Origin: Cyanidioschyzon merolae
Lineage: Eukaryota
Direction: 5' to 3' (one strand)
Assembly (NCBI GenBank): GCA_000091205.1
Contig: AP006500.2
Length of the DNA: 64,000 bases
Shown here: in pieces, positions 52,443 through 61,888 of the stretch
Layout of the letters: the number at the start of each line of letters is the position of its first letter
Numbering within the stretch: position 1 is the first letter of the stretch
Position numbers and translations under genes: made by a program
Notes under the pieces: generated by a model
Told to the model about the DNA's origin: nothing
The model's database searches: none
What the model saw: the letters and a program-made list of their open reading frames with translations, nothing else

Positions 52443-53656
52443 ATGTCCCTCGTCGCCAGCCGATGACATCGAACCCGTGGGCCTGTTTCATGCTCTTGGA
52501 GAAAAGCGAACACGGTGCGACCTTGTGGCGTCTGGCCACCCGACACGCTGCCCTTCTCGAGACAAGTACCAGCGACGATGCATGCTTCCAGCATCGTCAA
52601 GCACTGGAGCAGCTCTGGGCACTGATTTCGGTGATGCTCACCACGCTCAATGAGCATCAATGGAAATATCTCGACGGCATCGGACTCCTCGAGGCCGTGG
52701 AGCATGTCCTGCAAATGCCTTGGCAGTTTGAGCGGGATCCGTTCTCCATCGAAAGCGCTGTACCAGCAGACTCGCTCCTCGATACCAACGCACGGACGGT
52801 ACCGTTACTCGTACGCCAGTACGCGCTTCGTTGCGTGCGGCTCCTAACTGAGCGCGAAACAGGGCTCCGCACCTGGTTGCAGTACACGCGCAAGTGGAGC
52901 ATCATCAGGCCCAGTGAGAGCGTCCCGCTTTTGGCAATAATCGTCAAGCACTTGACTTGCACGCAGATGAGTGAGCGTCCCGCCTATTATGCGCTTGCGA
53001 TCCAAGCGGGAGAGGTGCTCACGACCCTGTGCCGCTACGGCTCCGTTCGTGGCGACCTCCTCCAGACGCCAGGCCTAGTACACGGGCTCGTGGGTCAGTT
53101 AGCAGCCCAGTCACTGGACCTGCTGGCGCAAAATCCTCAACAGGCAGCCGCTGTACCAGCCGTCGGTGCTGAGCGCACCCCAGCCGCAACGCACGCGCTT
53201 CCCAGGAACCAAAGCTGGGTCCAGGATAGAGTGTACCAACCCGAAGCCTTCCAACAGCAGTTGATGCTGGTCTGCCTCCAGGCCCTTACGGACCTCGCAG
53301 CACTGCCGCAGGCGTCACCAGCGATTCTCAGTGCGTTGGAACACTACGGTGGCCTTCGGTTCCTGCTCGACTCGTGTCAAGTGCTGGGGTTGCACCCAGC
53401 GATTCGTTCCAGCGTCCGAAACCTGTTGCTTGCGCTGCGATCCCTGCTCACGGAAAGCAACACGACACGAAGCCCTGACGTCTTTGATATAGAGAGCGTT
53501 ATCCAGGACATTTCTCGAACGGCGACTTTCTTGTGCGGTTTCAGTAGTCGTACGCGTCTCGCGCTGGAGCTCTTCGCCGTCCAACAGCGACTCAGCAAGG
53601 CGAGTCTAAGCCGCTCTGTATCCAGCAGTGCCTTGTTGCTGCAGCGACGCACTTGA
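50705..53656 (+). CDS. Large hypothetical protein (~980 aa), probably alpha-helical, with poly-Gln and poly-Thr tracts. The start is uncertain; the ORF track starts at TTG 50663.
   Basis: Single 3-kb ORF. (CAG)9 at ~51355-51381 and (ACG)10 at ~52410-52441 are in frame. No family recognised. Confidence 0.5.
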
Positions 53657-54806
53657 GTGTGTGCTGCGACCGAGGACCCGCGGAAGCGTCGTGCTCCAGG
53701 GTGCCGCATCCTGTGAGGTCTCTCCGACTGCAGCTTCAGCGCGGGAGAGTACATGCGTTGCGTATCGTGCGACTCGGGGGGCAGCGCTGGAGTGCGGACA
53801 GCACGCTCCTCAAAATCAGCAGCAGCAGCAGCAGCAGCAGAAACGCTGGTGCCTGCTAGTTCAGCCTAGAGCTGCTGCTTGGAACGAGTCACTGGGCACC
53901 AAGGTGGCACTTGACGAGGGGGGCGGGTCTTCTGTGGCGACGTCTCGCCCGTTCCTGTCGACGTACTTGGAGCCTGTCTCCAGCGCGACTGGTATATCGG
54001 TAAGCCCAGGGTTTCCCGAGTCACCGACGGTGTACTCAGAGACGCACGCTGGTTTCAGTCGCTTGCGGAAATGAGGCCAAAGCGCACGCTAGTGATGCCT
54101 CCCCGTTATCGAGCATGGCGGGCCTTGTCACTCAAACGCCTCATAAGCAGCGGTTTCCGTGTTCATCCGGGGCGCAACTAGCTCTCTTGCAGCTGCTTTT
54201 GAGCGAAATCTGTATACTTTAAAGTGAATGCCGTTCTTGTGGACGCCTTGGATGAGCCATGCTGTCAGGAGCGGGCATTCGTCTACCCCAAGGTCTAGTG
54301 CATCTCTGGTCGACAGCGAAACGCTGAGCGGAAATCGTTTCCGATGGCGCTCGGCTCATGACAAAAGCTACTCAGTATGAAAGGTCGGTGCAGTCGGTCT
54401 GCGATCAAATGGCTATGGGCAGGGAACCGAGCCTACGCACGGAAAGTATGCGTTGTGCGGTATCGACAGAGAGGCGCAACGGTTCGCGAATACACTTTTC
54501 AGGCGCCGCAATGAGAGACGTACCACTCAATGGGGCTTCGCATCGAGCTGTATTTCCGGGCAAGCGTTCCTGTTCTGCTGCAGCGTTGCCTGATGGGCTG
54601 GTCTTCCATAAATCCCGGGCCTTGAACAGGTCCCTGGATCCACGGCAGCAGCAGGGGAACAAGATAGCGTCTGAACGCTGAAACAACCAGCGAATGGCGC
54701 TCCCAGGCGCATCCTGTGCGGATGCATCGACTCGACATTGTAGAGACGCGTCAGAAATTCCATATCATGATGCATCTGTACGGCCACTACCAGAAAACTG
54801 CATCGT

Positions 54807-57800
54807 TCATAGCCGCTTCGAGCGAGATCCCGTGGCACCGCCAGCGTCCAAGGAAAACAGTAAGAGCAGGTCCGCCAGTCGACTCGATTGATTCTCTGTA
54901 CCAGAACTGCCGAGTGCATCCTCTACCATGCTCCGTTTCTTGTCCTGAAGCAAGAGCATACGCTCCTCGACAGAGTCTCGAACGATGTAACGCCGAATCT
55001 GTACAGTACGAGTCTGTCCCATTCGATGAACCCGATCCATGGCCTGCTCTTCTACATAAGGATTCCACCAGGGATCCACCAAAAAGACGGAGGAGGCGGC
55101 GGTGAGGTTCAAACCAACGCCTCCCGCACGAAGCGAAGCTAAGAGCACGTTCATCCGTCCAGTGGCGGTTGCGGCCGAGGTAGACGGATTCATCGTGGCA
55201 AACGCCTCGAGTACCGCTGTTCGTCGGCTCTGGGAGAGCGTGCCATCAAGACGCCCCACTTGAAACAGCGTTCGAGCGTGCTCGTGATTCCATGCTTGCA
55301 GCGCTCGTTCAATCAGGTCCAGCATACCGGTCCACTGGGAGAACACCACACATTTGCCGTGCCGAACAGGATCGCGCTCGAACGCCTGCACTGCTTCGAC
55401 GAGATCATTGACGAGTCTCGCGAGCTTGGTGCTGAGGAAGAAACCCCTCTCCAGGTCGACGCGAAAGCGAGACCGACGCGGCGTACTCATCACATCGGCA
55501 AAAGAGCAGCCTTTCCGACACACGGGACATTGGGCGTTCCCGTGTCGATTGCTCAGCAGCAACGTCAAGATGCAGTCTCGACAGAAGACATGCGCGCAGT
55601 TCCGTAAAGCCACTGCGTCATCGATGCTCTCCAAACAGATCGGACACAAGGGTTTGGTGTTCGTACTGGACTCGATGGAGCGCTCATCGTGCAGACTCTG
55701 CTGCAACTGGCCCGCCAACGTTTCCAGGTACGTGGTCGCCTGGTCTGATCCTCGGCCTTCCGTCAAGCGTTGCATAAACTTCTGCACATCCTGGAGAATA
55801 TGCAGGTCGCGTGCCGGGCAGGACATGATCAGGAGCGGATGATCGCAGAGCTGTCGAATGCGCATCAACATTTCAAATACCGTCGTCAAGTAAAAGGTGA
55901 TCTGATTGTCTGCCAAAAACGTGGAAAAGCGCGCTCGACTTGCCTTGTAAACGGCATCATAGAGCTGTCGTTCGGCAGCAGATAGGTCTACGTATACGAC
56001 CTCCGTCTGCTTGGCGGGTAGCTCCAGAATCGGTGCACCAGTGTGCTCGTCCAGTGTGCGCTTCGTTCGACGTAGCATCAGCGGTTGAAGAATCGATGAC
56101 AAAAGCGAGAGCGCTGCCTGCATCTTTGCCGCTTGACCTGACTCGAAGGGACGCGCTATGTACCGTTTCCAAAGCGAGGCATCTGACCAGGGTTCCACCG
56201 CCAGAAACCGCAACAGCGGATAGATGTCTTCGAGATTGTTCTGCAACGGGGTTCCCGTCAGAGCCCAGCGGTAACGGCTTCTCAGGTCGAGCACGGCACG
56301 AGAGCAGCCACTGCTGGGATTCTTGATGACATGCGCCTCGTCCAGGATCAGTCGATGCCAGCGAAGTGCGTACAAACCGCGCGCCTCCGCGGATTCAGTT
56401 TGTTGGGTGCTTTTCCAGGTCGAATACAGGGTACCGTAGGTGGTAATCACCACCTGAAAACGCGCCAAGACCAAGGGATCCGTCTCGCGATCATTCGCGT
56501 AGTAGATATGGACAATGAAATCGGCATCATCGGCGACATGAGTGTTGAGTTCAGCGCACCACTGACTGAGAATCGACATGGGGCAGACAATCAGCGTACC
56601 GCCACAGCAGCTGTCGACGAGCGACCGTCTGGTTTGAGCTGCGGCTGCGGCATTGGCAGCTCGACGTCCACCAGCCTTCGTATCGGACTCGTTTTCGCGG
56701 TGCGACTCGGTGGTGACGCGCTCGGGATGCTTCGTGAACAGCGCTGCCTGTCGGTCGAGTCGTGTCTGCTCCTGGGGAGGTCGTGGGTTTGCCAACATTA
56801 ACGAAATCGCTTCGACGGTTTTCCCGAGTCCCATTTCGTCCGCTAGGATGCCTCCGGCTACCGCCGGCGACGTCATCGGCGGCTGCAGCGATACCCGGCC
56901 CGATACTCGATGCTGGAAGTAGCGCGTTCCATCGGGGAGACGCTGCTCCCGCCAGGTTTGTTGGGTATCGTCGCTACTTGGAGTATGACTTGGAGCTCGT
57001 TCGCGAGCAACCATCCAGTTCAGGGCACTCTGTTGGTACGGACGCAGCGTCGACGCCAACAGTGGCGGCACCGGCACCGGTGGTGCATCAACATGGACGT
57101 TTTCGGCAGCGGCTAGGATCCACTGGACGGCGTCCTCGGGGCGGAAGGCCTCAGTGCGTAGGCACTTGGTTACCGAAGCGGAGCCCCGCTCTCCGGGTGC
57201 TTCGATTCGCGCCTTGGTATGGGTAATGGTATCCGAACTCAGAGCCGTTGTTTCGTTGGTGTCCGTCCCTGAACCGGTTAGGGAGTGGAAGAGCTGTGCA
57301 ATCCAGTGCGTGAGTGCATCCTCCTGGTCCGCGTCGAAGCCTGCAGGTCGCCGACCGCTACGCTCCCCGGGTGCAGCGAAGGAAAACATAGACTTGGCAG
57401 CAAATATGGCAACCTCGGCAATAAACACACAGGCGAATCGAATGTGCAGCGGGCAGTCCACCGCTCGAGCTCGCGCTATAATCAGATTGGCGCTCTGCAA
57501 AGCACCGAGGCAAGTTGGTAGATCGAGCGCTTCCAGCGGCTCAAGACGCCCAAACTCGCGGCCGTGCTCAGCGGTGCACACCCGCACTGCGAAGCGCAGT
57601 CGCTGACGCTGCCGGTTGCGGTTGTGACGACCCAGACTTCCCGTTCCGTTGGACATAATTGGGCTCACCTTGAGCACCAGCTCCGCGCCACTCGTCACCG
57701 CCATGGGCTCAAGCGTGGCAGTGGCGCGAACCGGGACTAGAATACTGCCGAGGTACTTGGGCCAGCGCGTCGTGCCTCCTCCGTGCTCTGCTCGCAGCGC

Positions 57801-58187
57801 CACCAGTTGTTTCTGGATCCAGGGTTCCAACGAGTCCATATCCTCCACCGGGTCTTGAGGCGACGCACACGAGGATGCTGGTTCGCTTTCTGGCGTCGGC
57901 GAGTCAAACACTTCACGGCCAACTGCAGGTGTCCGTCTGCTGGAGCCCACGCCGTCGGAGAGGCGTCCGGTTTTCGCTTCCCATGACGTTGCTGACGGCG
58001 AGTAGGCACGCTCTGCAGCGTGCTGCTGCCTGCTCTTGGCCCCCGTCTCGTGAGATGCCTGGGAGTTGGGGCGACGCTGCGCTTCGCCGCCTCTGTACCG
58101 TTTCCTGGCACTGCTCGCTGCACCTACTTGGCTCTGAAACGGAGTGGAAGCATGCCTGTTCCCTATTTGTGTTTGCATGCGGTCCAT
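54807..58187 (-). CDS. SNF2-family DNA helicase/translocase with a HIRAN-like N-terminus and an embedded C3HC4 RING (Rad5/HLTF/Rad16 subfamily).
   Basis: ATG start. Helicase motifs include ILADEMGLGKT and LILDEAHVIKN. The RING CPICLES...CAHVFCRDC...CPVCR lies between the helicase lobes. Motif VI is QAMDRVHRMGQTRTV. An N-terminal HIRAN-like segment is present. Confidence 0.85.
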   Translation of the reverse strand: MDRMQTQIGNRHASTPFQSQVGAASSARKRYRGGEAQRRPNSQASHETGAKSRQQHAAERAYSPSATSWEAKTGRLSDGVGSSRRTPAVGREVFDSPTPESEPASSCASPQDPVEDMDSLEPWIQKQLVALRAEHGGGTTRWPKYLGSILVPVRATATLEPMAVTSGAELVLKVSPIMSNGTGSLGRHNRNRQRQRLRFAVRVCTAEHGREFGRLEPLEALDLPTCLGALQSANLIIARARAVDCPLHIRFACVFIAEVAIFAAKSMFSFAAPGERSGRRPAGFDADQEDALTHWIAQLFHSLTGSGTDTNETTALSSDTITHTKARIEAPGERGSASVTKCLRTEAFRPEDAVQWILAAAENVHVDAPPVPVPPLLASTLRPYQQSALNWMVARERAPSHTPSSDDTQQTWREQRLPDGTRYFQHRVSGRVSLQPPMTSPAVAGGILADEMGLGKTVEAISLMLANPRPPQEQTRLDRQAALFTKHPERVTTESHRENESDTKAGGRRAANAAAAAQTRRSLVDSCCGGTLIVCPMSILSQWCAELNTHVADDADFIVHIYYANDRETDPLVLARFQVVITTYGTLYSTWKSTQQTESAEARGLYALRWHRLILDEAHVIKNPSSGCSRAVLDLRSRYRWALTGTPLQNNLEDIYPLLRFLAVEPWSDASLWKRYIARPFESGQAAKMQAALSLLSSILQPLMLRRTKRTLDEHTGAPILELPAKQTEVVYVDLSAAERQLYDAVYKASRARFSTFLADNQITFYLTTVFEMLMRIRQLCDHPLLIMSCPARDLHILQDVQKFMQRLTEGRGSDQATTYLETLAGQLQQSLHDERSIESSTNTKPLCPICLESIDDAVALRNCAHVFCRDCILTLLLSNRHGNAQCPVCRKGCSFADVMSTPRRSRFRVDLERGFFLSTKLARLVNDLVEAVQAFERDPVRHGKCVVFSQWTGMLDLIERALQAWNHEHARTLFQVGRLDGTLSQSRRTAVLEAFATMNPSTSAATATGRMNVLLASLRAGGVGLNLTAASSVFLVDPWWNPYVEEQAMDRVHRMGQTRTVQIRRYIVRDSVEERMLLLQDKKRSMVEDALGSSGTENQSSRLADLLLLFSLDAGGATGSRSKRL

Positions 58188-58449
58188 GCACCGCGTCTAC
58201 AACAGATCCAATACCGCGTCCTCCTTATACAGACGACCTGAACAGCGTCGTATGCCCGGAAAGGCTTCAGTTTCGGGTTCGGCTCGGCTCGGCTCGGCTC
58301 GGGCCAGTCCTGAAGGCAACGCGTTGTCAAAGCGGAGCGGGAACACGCGCGCTACCTGCACGACGCCCGAGTTCGATGAAAATGGAAGCGTGAATAATAT
58401 GTTCTGCTTCTTGCTTTCGAACTGTTTTCAGATCTGATTTTCGGATCCA

Positions 58450-59250
58450 AAAAGTTCTAGACGCGAATTTTAGCAATACGGATTCACGGATTCATGCGTC
58501 GGTTTCGGATGCTTTGCTGAGTTTGCAGTCTGGCTTGCTTGAGGCTTTGCCGCCGATACTCATGATGTCATGGGTATCGAAATGAATCGCGGCTCGCTCG
58601 AGCGAGGGATCTTAACATACACGATATCCTTATCCAATGGATGTGTACAAGCATCCGCAACGCTCCTTTCCTTAGGTGTAGCATTGCTCAAATAACGAAT
58701 TCTTTCGAGGTTTCGATCTTACTGCTTCAAGGCATCTCGTGGGCCCCGTGTGTCGCGCCCCTTGATAGACGTTGAAGTTTTTACAACTTGGGCCTGAACG
58801 ACTTGATCACAAGCTCGTACAGAACGCTCACTGAACAGGTACGGTCAGGGAATCGATTCCGATCGAAAGATAAATCGTTTTCTCTTTGTGGCTGCCGAAG
58901 AACAGCGCACTCGACAGCAGCTCGATACCTCGGACGGGATATGCTGCCAGATGCCTCCATCTCTATTGCTTGCATGGGAAAGCGTCTTGGACATGGACGT
59001 CAGTCATTGCAGCGATCGTTTCCCGTCGGATATACGTCACCGCTTCCAAGCAAGAAAGCGTAGACGGATCGAAATACGTCGATCTGTTCTCCAGCTTCGA
59101 TTTTCGTTCCGGCACTTGTTCCATCATAGACAGGATCCAGTTCCACAGATCCTCTGTCTCATGGAAGAGCGTGCACTGCCATGTACAGAGGAGGAATTAC
59201 TCGCCTGAACCATCGCCCAGAGCAAGCGAGAGATCCCAGGAGATGTTACC
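58450..59250 (+). repeat. Element B: a diverged paralogue of element A (44880-45700), also on an AT-rich island.
   Basis: Same shared blocks as element A, in the same order and orientation. The small ORFs 58888..59208 and 45271..45786 align in frame (SLLxAW...RF.ARK..I.I.R...RF..F.HH). Confidence 0.65.
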
Positions 59251-60115
59251 GGGTGCGGCTGCCGAGGCAAGGAGCGAGTGGAGCCTTCTGTTCCAGTCAA
59301 GGGCGTGCACCGAGCGCTGACGCAAACGTTCATGCTCCCTGTGGCGATACTCGACGGGCAAGGAAGAAGTGTACAAGACGTATGAGGACACCTCACCACC
59401 GCCAATGGCACCGCTGCAAAGAGCGCAGCGATGTTGTCTACGTAAGTGATGGAAATGGCAAGCGAAGCGGCGTTCGCAACGACCGCTTTTGCTTGAAGTG
59501 CATCGACAGCAGCCGGAAGCAACGAATTCGGTGCTTGCAAACTGCCATCAACATGCTGCGTCTGCTCAAAAAGATGCTGGCGGACAGGAGAGACCGGCCT
59601 GTTCAAAGCCGGAGATAAGAAAAGGGCAAAAAGGTCGCAGAACAAGCACTCCCTGGCTGGTGGTGAACTCAGACCCAAACTTTAGAGTGTAACTTCCCAC
59701 ACGGTCCCGTTCTTTCGCCTGCTGACACAGTTGTAACACGCACGCATCCAGGCATCGTTTCAACTACCGATGAGTACGGCGATGACGACAAGAGCAGTTG
59801 TTCGGGTACCTGATTCGCTTCCTTGCAGAATCCACGTTTCTAACCAGACGATTCCAGACCCCAGGTCACTCTACAGAGCCAGAGTACCAACGTAATTGTT
59901 TCCTCGGCTCTCGTGAACGTATCCTCATATTGCCGAGACGTCCATCTCGTCGGGGTACGAGCTCCCAGCACCTGTGTTTCTCTTGTTTCGCTGGTACGGC
60001 GGCGTCGGCAGCCACGGCGTTTCGCTTCGCGCACACGTGGCCTCTTCCTGCGTTTGGCAACGAACGAAGAGGGCAACGATTGCCTTCTAGTTTCGCATTG
60101 TTTCTTGGTGCCTTG

Positions 60116-60433
60116 ATGACGCACACAGTGCTCCTGTTACAACCTGCAGCAGCGAAGACGACACGAACATACTACGACTATGAGTCGATCGCGGAGCTGG
60201 TGGACGGCCTTTGTCATTTGTACGAGCAGCGGGTACGAGCGCAGAACCCCGGTATGCAGCAAGTGGAGTACGGACTTGGTGACTTGAATCGTTTCATTGA
60301 TGAACTATTCGATTGTGGAGTTTTGACCTATGACGAAGCGACACGTTCTTACAAACCGCACAATAAAGCTTGGTTAAAGGAGCAGTGCTATCGGCTCTTG
60401 AAAGCACGGGCAAAGCCGGCGAACGCTGCCTGA
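60116..60433 (+). CDS. ERH: Enhancer of rudimentary homologue (ERH). Start is the internal ATG; the ORF track starts at ATG 59798, which gives an unsupported 106-aa extension.
   Basis: MTHTVLLLQP...RTYYDYESIAELVDGLCHLYEQ...YDEATRSYKPHNKAWLKEQCYRLL is collinear with metazoan/plant ERH (~105 aa). Confidence 0.8.
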   Translation: MTHTVLLLQPAAAKTTRTYYDYESIAELVDGLCHLYEQRVRAQNPGMQQVEYGLGDLNRFIDELFDCGVLTYDEATRSYKPHNKAWLKEQCYRLLKARAKPANAA

Positions 60434-60835
60434 AAGGGGGCAGTGAACGCTGCCCAGTGTCATGTGATCCGCAGGTGTGTAGGTTCTGGGTCTGGGTTAG
60501 GTTTGGAGCGCTGCTAGCACTGTAGAATGTCCAATGATCGGCAAGTGTGAACGTTGGGGCTCTGGCTTGGCGCCCTGCGAGCAGTGTCGGGGAGTGGTCG
60601 TATTCAAGCCAAGCGAGCACGATTTCTAGCTATAATTGAGAGAAGCGAGACGCTCGAGCGCCAAGTTAGGGATCAAGCATTCGTTCGATGCTCTTGCAAC
60701 CGTATCATCTCGTCGTGCTTGAACGGCGCTCTCAGGTCGATACCGGCGAGCAACGCGCTAGCACTTGTACGCGAACAGGAGCAGCAGTGGCGGCATCTGG
60801 GCTTAGAGAACTAGTCCAGGCTCCACGCAAACGAG

Positions 60836-61393
60836 ATGCGTGATCCATTCGAATACCATCGAGACGAATTCCGTACTGATAAGCTCCACAGGAGCGGTCG
60901 TTTCGATGACAGAACGAGTCGCATGATGCGTGGTCGTTCTGTTCGCGAAAAGTATGCCCTCCTCTGGATTCTCGCGTGGGCAGGAGCTTGGCGTCGAGTT
61001 GCCGAGACGGCACAGACTTTCCCAATCGGCTTGCAAAAGACGAGCGCTTTGCTCACAGAGGAGCAGCATATTCAAACGCTTCTCCACCTCAAGTCACACC
61101 GGCTGGTGACGTTACAACCTGGCGGAGCGCCGTCGCCTAAGTGGCGTCGCTACGAAACCTCTTTTCTTCTAAAGGCTCTGTCGTTCCAGTTGCGACTCCA
61201 CGTTGTACAGACACTCACCCCATCGACTCAACCTGGATATGCTGAGGCGCGGAGCTCTAGCGTCGCATATCCTGAAGACGAAGGTCTAGGGCAGCGTCCC
61301 GGTAAGCGAGCGCCATTGCAGGCTTGGCACTCGTCGACTTTTCTTGATCGGGCAAGCCTCTATTCGCGACGAGATGGCTTGTGTGCAGTTTGA
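60836..61393 (+). CDS. Hypothetical protein (185 aa).
   Basis: ATG-initiated ORF downstream of ERH on the same strand. No recognisable family; could be spurious. Confidence 0.3.
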   Translation: MRDPFEYHRDEFRTDKLHRSGRFDDRTSRMMRGRSVREKYALLWILAWAGAWRRVAETAQTFPIGLQKTSALLTEEQHIQTLLHLKSHRLVTLQPGGAPSPKWRRYETSFLLKALSFQLRLHVVQTLTPSTQPGYAEARSSSVAYPEDEGLGQRPGKRAPLQAWHSSTFLDRASLYSRRDGLCAV

Positions 61394-61888
61394 GGAATCT
61401 AGAAGTCGCCGCACGGAAACGATGTTCACTTTCCATGTTGCCTTCTGGATGCAAGTATTTGGAAACTTGTGTATAGATCCATTGATCCGAGACGGTAAAA
61501 AGCTGGAGTAGTATCGCTGTTTTTCAAAGTACGATCGATCTGTCCAACCGGGTACATGCCCAAAAGTCTGAAAATGATCAGCATCTGGGAATGGGACTTT
61601 TCGCTTTTTTTTACCAAGAAGGTTCGATTTCGCTAACCGACTATGTCCCGAATCTCTGATATGGATCGACATTTATCGATACGACCATTCGATGAGGCGC
61701 TGGACACCACAGAATGCGAGAAACGGCGCCTGTCGCTGCGCGCTCAGGAGGATTGTTTCTGTTTTTGGGCGCCTGTCAGCGATCCATGCGGAAACCTTGA
61801 ACATCTACGCTTACGCGAGAGACCATTTTCCCACTGTACGAAGCCTGAGACGGTTTCAAGAGTTTTCATTTGGCTTTAAGCGAATGTG

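Noticed and set aside
59798-60115. N-terminal 106-aa extension of the ERH ORF as given in the ORF track.
   Set aside because: ERH is a ~105-aa protein throughout eukaryotes and homology begins exactly at the internal Met (MTHTVLLLQP). The extension is Arg/Ser/Cys-rich GC-artefact sequence.
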